Notes: generated by a model from the sequence alone, not told the origin. A stretch of 64,000 nt of DNA from Gemmatimonadota bacterium (GCA_003222195.1 QHVB01000030.1:114883-178882), one strand, 5' to 3'; positions 20,417 to 30,112 are shown, counted from the first letter of the stretch. Translations and numbers: made by a program.

Positions 20417-20590
20417 TTAGTCGTCGAGCTTCGCCTCTTGAGGCAACGTAGTCCGGATGGTCAACGTGAGCCGCTCAGATGCGGCGGCCAGCTTGGACTC
20501 TTCCCAGTCCCGTGAAGCACCACTCAGCGGTGCTGGTTCAAACGTCAACGGTGCGTGACAGATCGGACAGGACCGCTCTACGCCGCTCAC
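20417..20590 (-). CDS. Small hypothetical protein or fragment with a single CPIC motif
   Basis: GTG start overlaps the upstream stop (GTGA); only half of a zinc ribbon. Confidence 0.3.
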   Translation of the reverse strand: MSGVERSCPICHAPLTFEPAPLSGASRDWEESKLAAASERLTLTIRTTLPQEAKLDD

Positions 20591-21285
20591 TGACCACCCG
20601 CTTCCCGAACCTCGTAGTTGACGGTCGAGTTCTCGCGTTCCGCGTTTGCTGCCCTGACGGTGAGCATGAGCGGGTGCTTGCCCGGTCGTGTGCTGTTCTT
20701 GACCTTGCAGGCCAGGTCCACTTCCCACTTGTCGCCGCCATCTATCGTCGCCCGCTGCGCTCGCGCCTTTGACTTTTGAGGCGCAGAGAACGCACCGGCT
20801 GGCACCATCGACACCTCGACGTTGACCGCAGTCTTCTCGCCCATGTTGAACACGGCGGCATGGTAGCGTGCCTCGCCTCCGGGATACACGACTGCGGAGT
20901 ACCCACCAGCGAGACTGAGCCTCGCGGGCTTTAGTCGCTTCGACTTCGCCAGCCAGTGAAGCTCTCCCGTATCACTCACGGCCAAAAGTCCTACGCCGAG
21001 ACTGGCGGACAGAGCCAGCACGTCCTCCGACATGAAGACCTTCGGCCCGCAGACGTACATCTCGTCCACTTCAAAGAGACGAAGGAGCGCTTGGCTCTTG
21101 GTGAGATCGTCGAGCAACCCGCGAGCCGTGAACTTGACCTCGACGCCTTTCCGAACACCGTCCGCGACCGCAAGCATGTCGAGCCGGTGTCGGCTACCGA
21201 CCGGCACCTCGCGCTGAACATCGTGGCCCGCTTGATGGAGAGCCTTCTGCACGAAGTCTGCGAACTCACGCTCGTTGCGGAACAT
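20587..21285 (-). CDS. PD-(D/E)XK restriction-endonuclease-like domain fused to a C-terminal Ig-like beta domain
   Basis: EREF..VQREV..RLDML..GVEVK; C-terminal VYPGGE..VFNMGEKTAVNVEV..PGKHPLMLTV. Start could be 21336. Confidence 0.6.
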   Translation of the reverse strand: MFRNEREFADFVQKALHQAGHDVQREVPVGSRHRLDMLAVADGVRKGVEVKFTARGLLDDLTKSQALLRLFEVDEMYVCGPKVFMSEDVLALSASLGVGLLAVSDTGELHWLAKSKRLKPARLSLAGGYSAVVYPGGEARYHAAVFNMGEKTAVNVEVSMVPAGAFSAPQKSKARAQRATIDGGDKWEVDLACKVKNSTRPGKHPLMLTVRAANAERENSTVNYEVREAGGQ

Positions 21286-21770
21286 AGTCTGGGAATTATC
21301 GCTGCGAGCGGCGGCGATCACCAGCGACTCAAGCACGTCGATGTACCCTGAGGCGAGCTACCTCATTGCTGACAGGGCCGGCCAGCCACGCGGATCGCTA
21401 CCTTTTTAAGCGCCTCGCTCGTCCTGACGCACCTCTCCAGTAGCTCAGCGGCAACCGGCACCTCGGTCCCATCGAGCGGCTTGTCTCCGCGTTCGTCGAG
21501 GTAAGCCTGAACAGCCGGAAAAGCGGCATCGAGCGGAATGAGTACGACCTGCATGACTTTCAACGCTAGGACACTGCATCAACCAGTCGTCAACGCTACG
21601 CCTTCTTAGGCGGGCATTATTTGGCCGGGCTGGTTGTTTACGAACGCAGAATGGACCTAGCGCGTCTCCGAGCCGAGTACCACCTTGGCACGATCAAACG
21701 CCTACTGCTCACTAGGGGAGAATTTGAGGCGCCTTGAAGCCGTAGCCGATTTGGCAGAGATCGTCGGTAA

Positions 21771-22785
21771 ATGACGACGACGCCCGAGCAAATCGATCAG
21801 TGGCGCCAATCGCCCTCTGAACATGAGCGCCTAGAGTTCAAAGAGGCAAAGAACCAGTTCGACAACCGCAAGCTGTACGAGTACTGCGTGGCAATCGCCA
21901 ACGAGGGAGGTGGCCGCCTCCTGCTGGGCGTATCTAACGTGCCGCCTCGTCAGGTTGTCGGATCACAGGCTTTTAATGACGTAGTCGTCATGGCGGAAAA
22001 GGTCTTCCAGACGGTCGGGTTTCGCGTGGACATGGAGGAGGTCCAACACCCGGATGGCCGAGTCGTTGTCTGTCACGTTCCGTCCCGGCCCCGGGGGAGC
22101 GCCTACCACCTAGCGGGGAAGTACTTGATGCGTTCTGGAGAATCCCTCGTCCCTATGTCGGAAGACCGGCTCCGGGTGATTTTCGATGAAGGACGGCCAG
22201 ACTGGCTCACGGAAGCAGCGCGAACAGGTTTGGCAGATGCCGCTGTTGTCGACCTGCTCGATACGCAAGCCTATTTCGAACTGCTGAAGCTACCGTACCC
22301 CGCTACGCGTCAGGGCGTCATCGATCGTTTGATTCGGGAACATCTGATTCTGGACAATGGCGGCGCATTCACCATCACCAACCTTGGTGCACTCCTGTTC
22401 GCAAAGCGATTCGATGAATTCGGTGATCTTGCAAGGAAGCGGTATCGATAAAGTCGTGGATGCAGCCGAGGTCTTCCAGCTTCCAGCGCCCGAGTTTCGA
22501 GTGGACAACGTGAGGACAACTTGCGTCCTCTACGGCCAGCGATCCTTCGCCCGAATGAGCCGGGAGGACCGTATTCGGGCGTGCTACCAACACGCATGTT
22601 TGCGTTACGTTCTGCGGGATACGATGAGCAACCAGTCGCTGCGTAATCGGTTTGGCTTGCCCGATGAGAGAGCGGAGACGGTCTCGCGGATTCTCCGAGA
22701 CACACTGGATGCGCGGCTGGTCAAACTGGAGGACCCAGCGAGCGGTTCAAAAAAGTACGCTCGCTACGTGCCCTTCTGGGCTTGA
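21771..22785 (+). pseudogene. Schlafen/AlbA_2-domain ATP-binding protein with internal deletion and frameshift
   Basis: N-terminal EHERLEFKEAK..AIANEGGG in one frame; C-terminal GSGIDKV...RIRACYQHACL...YVPFWA in another. The frames join near 22432-22440. Confidence 0.75.
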
Positions 22786-23111
22786 CGATTATTTAGATTC
22801 GAACCTGTAACTAGCGGGTTCGGAAACCTAAGTGCTTATCTGTGAAGTAGATACATATTTTGGCCCATTTTGGTCATCGTTGGCTCACGCCGGACTGCTC
22901 CTCACTATCCTCGACAGAGTAAACATTACTTCGATTCGGGATGAGACCATTACAGAGGACCAGCGGTGACGATCTCAGTCGTTGAGATTCGGCCAGGACG
23001 TTGGGCCTACATGATCGACGGGAAGTTTTCCGCTGATCTCTACGCTGCCCACCTCGCTGCGGTGGCATAGCTGAGCAGGAGGGCTCGAACCCCCCTGCTT
23101 CTCTCTTCGAT

Positions 23112-24260
23112 ATGCCCAAGAGCGCGCCCGCCCTAATTGAGCCCGCCCTTCTGATATGGGGCCGGAAGGTTGCTCGATTGACGGTTGAGGACGCGGCTAA
23201 GAAGACTCACGTTAAGGCGGAGCAACTCGAAGCATGGGAGCGCGGCAAGGGTCACCCAACAGTCAAGCAGCTTAGGGCGCTCGCGCACGTCTATCAGCAA
23301 TCCTTCGCTGCCTTCTATCTACCTGTACCGCCCCTAGAAGAGGTAGCGGTTCCGCCTGACCGTCGTCGGCTCCCAAGTGACCAACTTGAGCAGCTATCTC
23401 CAGCCGCCGCTTTGGACCTCAGGACAGCTTGGGAGCACCGTGAAATAGTGCTCGAACTGCTTCGAGATCAAGGACAGACTCCGATAGCCGTTGAGGCCGT
23501 CGCTTCCACGGACGAGAACCCAGAAAGCGTTGGAGAGAAAGTTCGGAAGGTTCTCAGGATCAGCTACGAAGTGCAGAAGGAATGGCGAGACAAGCGAGTT
23601 GCGTTCAATGCGTGGCGAGACGCAGCGGGGGAGGCAGGCGTTCTCGTTTTTCAGGCCACTAATGTCCCTGTTGCCGAGTTGCGCGGCTATTCAATCAGCG
23701 TTGACCCTCTTCCGGTAGTTGTTGTCAATCGAAAGGACAGCTACGCCGGTCGTAGCTTCACCTTGCTACACGAGATGACGCATATCCTCCTTCGCTCGGG
23801 CGGACTATGTGATCTCGAAGGCGAGCAAGCAATAGAAATTTTCTGCAATCACGCGGCGGGTGCGGCACTGGTGCCGTCTGGGTCTCTCCTCAAGGAACAA
23901 ACCGTCCTGGCCCACGGGGAGAGCCCGGAGTGGGAAGACGAGGAAATTGAAATACTCGCGCAGACATACAGCGTCAGCGAAGAGGTATTGGTCAGGCGCC
24001 TTCTTACCCTGAGACTCACCACAAAGACCTTCTACGAAAAGAAGCGCCGTCAGTACCTTGACGAATTTGCGCGGCTCCCCAAGAAGAAGGGCTTCGTCTC
24101 CCCTGCCGTGGACGCGGTAAGCGCATTGGGCAAGCCCTACGTGCGGCTCGTTCTGGATGCGTTCCGATCCTTGAAACTGACTGCGAACGATGTGGCTGAC
24201 TATCTGGGCGTGCGACTCAAACACCTGGACGCGGTAGGTCACGCCGTCGAAGGTGAGTGA
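23112..24260 (+). CDS. XRE HTH + ImmA/IrrE-family zinc metallopeptidase
   Basis: N-terminal HTH (AWERGKGHPT), FTLLHEMTH (HExxH), EIFCNHAAG, VSEEVLVRRL. Confidence 0.88.
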   Translation: MPKSAPALIEPALLIWGRKVARLTVEDAAKKTHVKAEQLEAWERGKGHPTVKQLRALAHVYQQSFAAFYLPVPPLEEVAVPPDRRRLPSDQLEQLSPAAALDLRTAWEHREIVLELLRDQGQTPIAVEAVASTDENPESVGEKVRKVLRISYEVQKEWRDKRVAFNAWRDAAGEAGVLVFQATNVPVAELRGYSISVDPLPVVVVNRKDSYAGRSFTLLHEMTHILLRSGGLCDLEGEQAIEIFCNHAAGAALVPSGSLLKEQTVLAHGESPEWEDEEIEILAQTYSVSEEVLVRRLLTLRLTTKTFYEKKRRQYLDEFARLPKKKGFVSPAVDAVSALGKPYVRLVLDAFRSLKLTANDVADYLGVRLKHLDAVGHAVEGE

Positions 24261-24269
24261 TTCCACACC

Positions 24270-24746
24270 ATGGGGTCACTCTTCGCGAAATACATCGTGG
24301 ACACGTCTTCCTTCACATCACTGCAACGCACATACCCAAGAGACGTTCTCCCTGGCGTGTGGACACTCGTTGACAAACTCTCGCGGAACGGTGTGCTCCT
24401 ATCGGTCGAAGACGTGTTCGAGGAATTGAAGGGGCAGGACGATGAAGTCTTCAAGTGGGCGAAGAAGAATAAGTCAATCTTCTTACCACTCGACGAGGCC
24501 ATACAGGTACAGGCAAGGGCGATTCTAGCGGAGCGGCCTAATCTTGTGGACCTCAAGCGGAGAAAGTCAGGGGCCGATCCGTTTGTAATCGCCGCAGCCG
24601 CCGTCTATTCTTGCGCGGTCGTCACAGAGGAAAAACCGAGCGGAGGCCCTCCGAAGGTAAAGATTCCAGATGTGTGCAAGCACTTCAACATCGGGTGCAT
24701 CACGGTGCTGGACATGCTGCGAGACGAGGGCTTAAGACTCAAATGA
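24270..24746 (+). CDS. PIN-domain protein (DUF4411-like), putative toxin
   Basis: YIVDTSS, VFEEL, ADPFVIA, VVTEE, KIPDVC; directly after the XRE-ImmA gene. Confidence 0.82.
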   Translation: MGSLFAKYIVDTSSFTSLQRTYPRDVLPGVWTLVDKLSRNGVLLSVEDVFEELKGQDDEVFKWAKKNKSIFLPLDEAIQVQARAILAERPNLVDLKRRKSGADPFVIAAAAVYSCAVVTEEKPSGGPPKVKIPDVCKHFNIGCITVLDMLRDEGLRLK

Positions 24747-24852
24747 CAAGCCAAGGAGGCGCTTTGGAGAACCAACGAAGCGAACTGGGGCAACGGGGAC
24801 GCGACTCAGCTGGCGAGGAAGGGGATTATGACAAAAAAATGAGACGCCCGGC

Positions 24853-24900
24853 GTCATCCTGAGCGAGCGCGCGGCACGCGCGCGAAGCGAAGGATCTGCT
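24853..24900. repeat. GTCATCCTGAGC...AGCGAAGGATCT-type palindromic intergenic element
   Basis: ATCCT/AGGAT arms enclosing CGCGCG-GCA-CGCGCG; AGGATCTGCT is repeated at about 24907-24916. Confidence 0.6.
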
Positions 24901-24975
24901 TGTCGTAGGATCTGCTGGTCATAGGCCCGCGCCCAGAGAAGGATCTTGTTGGATCGCACACCACTTCTTCTGCTG

Positions 24976-25443
24976 CTAAGGCGTGGGGACCAGATTCCGC
25001 GCGATTTGGTCCGCATCAGCATCCTGGATGCCTGGTTTCGCGAACGTGCTAATGCGGGTCGGATATCCCAACTGCGGATCAAATTCTACGATCACGTCTC
25101 GCACCCAATCGTCGCGCTGGTAGCGCTCTATCCGGGCGAACAAGCCGTCTACCGTCGTAAACGAAGTCCAGTCTTGGGGCGAGAGCGCGGAGTCGTTGGC
25201 CACGCGAACAACCCCGACCACCTGCCCGTTGCTCACCGCAACTCGCGCCCATTGGCGCACGATGTCCGGGCACTCGCCGCAGCTTATCACGAAGTCGTAC
25301 GTGTATGCCTGGAACGGCCGAGCTGCCCAACGAGCCTTCGCCCTACCGAGGGCGAGAACCTCGCTATTGGATAACGGCGAGGAGCACGCCGCGAGCAGAC
25401 AGCTCAATACTCCGATTAGGAGAACCCGAGTGTGCCGCGGCAT
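24976..25443 (-). CDS. Putative lipoprotein (DUF6174-like)
   Basis: LLAAC lipobox; ARW...YTY...CGEC...TVDGLF...FDPQLGYPT. Confidence 0.7.
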   Translation of the reverse strand: MPRHTRVLLIGVLSCLLAACSSPLSNSEVLALGRAKARWAARPFQAYTYDFVISCGECPDIVRQWARVAVSNGQVVGVVRVANDSALSPQDWTSFTTVDGLFARIERYQRDDWVRDVIVEFDPQLGYPTRISTFAKPGIQDADADQIARNLVPTP

Positions 25444-25498
25444 GGCGCCCTGAATGAGAATCCGAACTAGATACCCTCGGCCCTACCCACCGGGTCAC

Positions 25499-26020
25499 CT
25501 AACGCGCCGCCTTCCGCAGCTCCCCAAATGCGTCAGTCAGCTCAGGCAGTTGATGATTGGCATTGAGGCCGCTGGGCTGAGGTAGCAACCACAACCGCGC
25601 CGGCCCGAGGCGCTCCGGCTGCGGACCGATCATGGCCCGCGGCCGCCCGAACGCCACGCGATACGCCCCGATCCCTACCACCGCCACCCACTTCGGCCGA
25701 TAGCGCTGCACCTTCCGTTCGAGCCGCCGCGCGCCGGCCACGAACTCCTCCCTGGCCAGCTCGGCCGCCGTCGCGGTCGCGCGCGCCACGAGATTCGTGA
25801 TCCCGTAGCCGCGCTCCAGCAGCTCCCGCTCTTCCCATGGCGCGAGCACGCGATCGGTGAACGCGGCGCGCTGCAGCACCGGCCAGAACCGGTTGCCAGG
25901 CCGTGCGAAGTGGTGACCGGTCGCGCCGGAGTAGAGACCGGGATTGATGCCGCAGAACAACACCCGCAACCCCCGCGCGATCACATCCGGCACCGTGCGA
26001 CCCGCCGCCGCGAGCACCAC
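25499..26020 (-). CDS. mug: G/U mismatch-specific DNA glycosylase
   Basis: VLFCGINPGLYS, HHFARPGNRFW, GITNLV, PSGLNA. Confidence 0.92.
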   Translation of the reverse strand: MVLAAAGRTVPDVIARGLRVLFCGINPGLYSGATGHHFARPGNRFWPVLQRAAFTDRVLAPWEERELLERGYGITNLVARATATAAELAREEFVAGARRLERKVQRYRPKWVAVVGIGAYRVAFGRPRAMIGPQPERLGPARLWLLPQPSGLNANHQLPELTDAFGELRKAAR

Positions 26021-26043
26021 GGCGCGGGTCGGACGCTCAGGGG

Positions 26044-26982
26044 CTATCGTGCCAGCGTGATGGTGAGATTGCGATACTCCACGGGCCCATGATCCCCCTG
26101 CAGCATGATCGGCCCCGGCGCCCCTTCCTTACTATCCAGCGCCCCGCCCGTCGGTCCCGGAATCTCCTGCTCAGAAATGATCCGCTTGCCGTTCAGCACG
26201 ACGGTCACGCGCCGGCCGACCAGCGTGACGTCGAGCATCTCCCACTTGCCGGCGCCCTTCGCCGCGTTCTGATTGGGGATGAGAAAGCCGTAAATTGCGC
26301 CGAGGCCGCCGGTGGCTTCCGCATCCGCGTTGGTTACGACGGAGTCTTCGACCTGCACCTCGTGCCGCCCGCGCAGATACACGCCGCTATTCCCCCTCGG
26401 CGGATACCGCACCTCCACGTGCAGCTTGAAATCGGTGTAGAGGGCGTCCGTCACCAGATTCGCGCCGCCCTTGGCGTTCGTGAGCACGCCGTTCACGGCG
26501 CTCCACTGGTTCGTGCCGCCGACGGTGTGCCAGCCCGTCAGATCCTTGCCGTTGAACAGCGGGAGCGACGCGGCCCATGTCGGGGCGGCGCGACGCAACG
26601 CGGGCGCCCGCACGGCGGTGAAGGGATACGGCGTGCCGTTCGGGTCGGTGATCGTGCCGCCAAGACCGTCGCCGGTGACGACGCCTGCGAATTGCAGATC
26701 GGCGGCGCCTCCTTCCCATTGCGGCGGAATCGCAAAGCGTAGAGTGTCGTTCGCGTACGTCAGCCGGGAAATCGGTCGGACGCTCCCCACGACACCCACG
26801 AACCGGCCCACCAGCACCCCGTTGCCAGACACGTGCACCTCGAGCCACGACGGCCGCGGACGGCCGTCACGCGCCGTGAGGGTCAGATCCCACGTGCCGA
26901 CCACCGGCGGGGGAGCCGGCTCCTGCGCGGCGAGCGAGGAAACAGCGAGTGCGGTCACGGCAACGATAGATGCGGGGCGCAT
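26044..26982 (-). CDS. Secreted DUF1080 (3-keto-disaccharide hydrolase-like) protein
   Basis: Signal peptide; LFNGKDLTGW, NSGVYLRG, GPIMLQGDHGPVEYRN. Confidence 0.85.
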   Translation of the reverse strand: MRPASIVAVTALAVSSLAAQEPAPPPVVGTWDLTLTARDGRPRPSWLEVHVSGNGVLVGRFVGVVGSVRPISRLTYANDTLRFAIPPQWEGGAADLQFAGVVTGDGLGGTITDPNGTPYPFTAVRAPALRRAAPTWAASLPLFNGKDLTGWHTVGGTNQWSAVNGVLTNAKGGANLVTDALYTDFKLHVEVRYPPRGNSGVYLRGRHEVQVEDSVVTNADAEATGGLGAIYGFLIPNQNAAKGAGKWEMLDVTLVGRRVTVVLNGKRIISEQEIPGPTGGALDSKEGAPGPIMLQGDHGPVEYRNLTITLAR

Positions 26983-27052
26983 TTTGAAACTCTCGAAGGA
27001 TTTGAACTGGAATACTACCGCCGGATGGCGATCTGGGTAGGGAAGTGGAGAG

Positions 27053-27496
27053 TCAGTACAAACAGGCCCAGCCACTGAAATCCGGCGCAGCTCCACGCAG
27101 GAGAGTGTAGGACTGGTAGTTGATCAGCGTGTCCGTCTGCGCGCCGTGGGGCGGCCAGACCGACGCAACCGAGAGCATCATCATCACACCGTTCTCGACC
27201 TTCCCGGACAACCGCAACAGCGTTGGCGCCGGTCCAGCCCAACTCACTTCCGTGACCCTGGCGGTGCCCTCGAAATGTCCCGAGCCGTCGATCAGCAGTG
27301 GCGGCGCAACTGCCTGGCTGCAGACGAAGATCAGGCGAACATCGGATGGGTGGGCATCCATTGCAATGAGGCGACCGCCCCATTGACCGCTGAGGCCCGT
27401 GTCGGGCTCGAGGAAACACCCGGCGAGGCCAACCGCGGCGGTGATCACACCGGCGAACCGGAGTGCTCTCAGCGGGGCCTCCGGCAAATCGGACAC
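27053..27496 (-). CDS. Putative lipoprotein, paralogue of the upstream gene
   Basis: GLAGC lipobox; GQWGG, DGSGHFEG. Start uncertain. Confidence 0.55.
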   Translation of the reverse strand: MSDLPEAPLRALRFAGVITAAVGLAGCFLEPDTGLSGQWGGRLIAMDAHPSDVRLIFVCSQAVAPPLLIDGSGHFEGTARVTEVSWAGPAPTLLRLSGKVENGVMMMLSVASVWPPHGAQTDTLINYQSYTLLRGAAPDFSGWACLY

Positions 27497-27894
27497 GGTC
27501 CCATCCGCGGCTCCTTGCCGTAGGCCAGCAGCACCGGACCGAGCGTCACCGTGGTATCGGTGAGCGTGACCGTCAGCGTCATGGTGCCCGCGATCACTCG
27601 CCCGGCAAACCGCGCCGGATGCAGGATGCCCCGATCGACGGGATGCGCCGTGATGTTGTGCTCGCCGGGCACGTCGAACCGCCCGTTCGCGTCGGGAACG
27701 ATCTGCTGATGGATGTTGCCGTAGGTGCAACCGATGTGGACGTGCGCGCTCGTGTCGTCCGCAATGAGCGCCGCGTTGTCACCGCCCCACGTGCCGGCGA
27801 GATCCTTGGGGGGCCGAACCCCCGTCGGATCGCACGGGCCGAGCACCGCGGTCGCGGCAGCGAGTACCACAACGGCTTTGGTGAGCATCGTCAA
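27469..27894 (-). CDS. Putative secreted/lipoprotein
   Basis: Signal-like N-terminus; GTWGG, DANGRFDVPG, C-terminal PCPIC. Confidence 0.7.
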   Translation of the reverse strand: MTMLTKAVVVLAAATAVLGPCDPTGVRPPKDLAGTWGGDNAALIADDTSAHVHIGCTYGNIHQQIVPDANGRFDVPGEHNITAHPVDRGILHPARFAGRVIAGTMTLTVTLTDTTVTLGPVLLAYGKEPRMGPCPICRRPR

Positions 27895-27953
27895 CCTCTC
27901 GTCCGCATGAGTTCTCCTTACGAATCTACCCTCCCCCGGCGACCTTAGGTCAC

Positions 27954-28598
27954 ATGTCCCCGCCCGCGCTGCGCGGCTTCGGCCCGCTCGGCCTCGCCGC
28001 CATCGCCCTGATCCTCGCCGGCAACTTCCTCTTCGCGCCGCTCAGCGCACTGCTCGTGCTCGCGTGGGCGTATGGCTCGGAAACCCCTTGGCACGAGCTC
28101 GGCTTCGTCCGGCCCCGGAGCTGGACCAAAAGTCTCGTGATCGGGATTGCGTTCGGCGCGCTCTTCAAGCTCGCCATGAAAGCGATCGTGATGCCGCTGC
28201 TCGGCGCCCCACCCCTCAACACGCACTACCACTTTCTCGCCGGCAACACCGCCGCGCTGCCGGGGATGCTCTACGCCGTAATCATCGGCGCCGGTTTCGG
28301 CGAGGAGACCCTCTACCGCGGCTACATGTTCGAGCGACTCGGCAAACTCCTCGGCCGGAGCAGAGCCGCCAAGATCGGCATCGTGCTCATCACGACGACG
28401 CTGTTCGCCGCGGCGCATTACCCGGATCAGGGCATCCCCGGCGTCGAGCAGGCGGTGTTCACGGGGCTCGTGTTCGGCGGGATCTTCGCGGTGACCGGCG
28501 AGCTGTTCATGCTGATGGTCGCGCACGCCACCTTCGACGTCGTCGCGCTCGCGCTGATCTACTGGAATCTCGAAGCGAAGGTAATTTTGTGGCCATGA
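27954..28598 (+). CDS. CPBP (CAAX/Abi) intramembrane metalloprotease
   Basis: EETLYRG, FAAAH, AHATFD; multiple TM helices. Confidence 0.88.
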   Translation: MSPPALRGFGPLGLAAIALILAGNFLFAPLSALLVLAWAYGSETPWHELGFVRPRSWTKSLVIGIAFGALFKLAMKAIVMPLLGAPPLNTHYHFLAGNTAALPGMLYAVIIGAGFGEETLYRGYMFERLGKLLGRSRAAKIGIVLITTTLFAAAHYPDQGIPGVEQAVFTGLVFGGIFAVTGELFMLMVAHATFDVVALALIYWNLEAKVILWP

Positions 28599-30085
28599 AC
28601 CTCCTCCCCCTGCTGTTGGTCCTGGCGCAGCAACAGCCGCTCGCCGGCCTCGATCCCTACATCACGCAAGCGATCAAGGATTGGCGCGTGCCGGGGCTCG
28701 CCATCGTCGTCGTCAAGGACGACTCGGTCGTCTTTATGAAGGGCTACGGCGTGCGCGAGCTGGGCAAACCCGATCCCGTGACCGTGCACACGCGCTTCGG
28801 CAACATGTCCACGACCAAGGCGTTCACCGCGATGCTGGTGGCGATGCTGGCCGACTCGGGCCGCGTGGCGTTCGACGACCCCGTCACGAAATACGAGCCG
28901 GCGGTGCAGTTCGCCGATCCGTACGTCACGCGCGAGATCGCGGTCCGCGACCTGCTGACGCATCGCGTGGGGTTCGGTGATCCCGACTATCTGTGGGGGA
29001 CGAGCGGGCTCGATTTCGCGACCATCGCGCATCGCCTGCGCTACGTGCCCACGCAGACGAGCTTCCGCTCACGCTTTCAGTACAACAATGTCACTTACGC
29101 ACTCGCCGGCGATGTCGCCGCGCGCGCCGCCGGCACGACCTGGCAGGCGCTGCTCCACGCGCGGATCCTCGGCCCGCTCGGTATGACGGAGACCGTCGCC
29201 GACGCGAGCGAGCTGCGCACGGCCGGTATCACCGATGTCACCGCGCCGCACGGCATCGTGCGCGACACGGTGCGCGTGCTGCCCGCGCCGCTCGACGGCA
29301 TCGATGCTATCGCGCCGGCCGGCGCGATCCTCTCGACCGCGACCGACATGGCCAAATGGCTGCGCTTCCTGCTCGACAGCGGGCGAGTCGCCGGCCGCCG
29401 GCTTGTCAGCGCGCAGAACTTCGCGCAGCTGTTTCGGCCGCAGCAGATCGTGCAGCGCCCGTTCTATCCCACCGCCACGTTGACCCACCCGCACTTCCAG
29501 GCGTACGGCCTGGGCTGGATCCTGCAGGATTATCGCGGCGAGTTCATCGCGATCCACACCGGCAGCATCGAAGGACGCTCGGCCATCGTCGGCCTGATTC
29601 CGGATCGGCGCCTTGGGCTCGCGATCTTCACAAATCTCGACCACTCCGAGCTGCGCCACGCGCTCATGTACACCGTCTTCGATCGGTTCATTGGCCCCGC
29701 ATACGCGGGGGGAGGGCACGATTGGAGCGCCGAGATGCGCGTGATGTACAAGCGGCTCGCGGACAGCACGCGCGCGGCGCGGCAGGTGCAGGAGAGCAAG
29801 CGCATCACCGGCACGCATCCCACCCTGCCGCTCGATCGCTATACCGGCACCTACGCGGACAGCCTGTTCGGAACCGCGACCCTTGGTATGAGCGACGGCC
29901 GGTTGACGCTGCAGGCGGGGACCGCGAAGGGCCAGCTGGAGCACTGGCAGTACGACGTCTTCCGAGTCACGTGGCAGGATCCGTTCTGGGACCCGACGTA
30001 CGTCACGTTCGGGATCGATCCCGATGGCTCCGTCGGAGAGGTGCGGGTCGTCGAGGGGGACCAGGTGTATCGGCGCGTGAAGTAA
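28595..30085 (+). CDS. Serine hydrolase (class C beta-lactamase family) with DUF3471-like C-terminus
   Basis: STTK, LLTH, YNN and HTG motifs; signal peptide. Confidence 0.88.
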   Translation: MNLLPLLLVLAQQQPLAGLDPYITQAIKDWRVPGLAIVVVKDDSVVFMKGYGVRELGKPDPVTVHTRFGNMSTTKAFTAMLVAMLADSGRVAFDDPVTKYEPAVQFADPYVTREIAVRDLLTHRVGFGDPDYLWGTSGLDFATIAHRLRYVPTQTSFRSRFQYNNVTYALAGDVAARAAGTTWQALLHARILGPLGMTETVADASELRTAGITDVTAPHGIVRDTVRVLPAPLDGIDAIAPAGAILSTATDMAKWLRFLLDSGRVAGRRLVSAQNFAQLFRPQQIVQRPFYPTATLTHPHFQAYGLGWILQDYRGEFIAIHTGSIEGRSAIVGLIPDRRLGLAIFTNLDHSELRHALMYTVFDRFIGPAYAGGGHDWSAEMRVMYKRLADSTRAARQVQESKRITGTHPTLPLDRYTGTYADSLFGTATLGMSDGRLTLQAGTAKGQLEHWQYDVFRVTWQDPFWDPTYVTFGIDPDGSVGEVRVVEGDQVYRRVK

Positions 30086-30112
30086 TCCCATTTGGCCAGC
30101 GAGCCGCTCACA

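Noticed and set aside
23066-23097. Minus-strand GGGGGTTCGAGCCCTCCTGCTCAGCTA resembling a tRNA T-arm and 3' end (possible att remnant)
   Set aside because: No D or anticodon arm, no CCA, several mismatches, and no matching second copy or integrase in the window.
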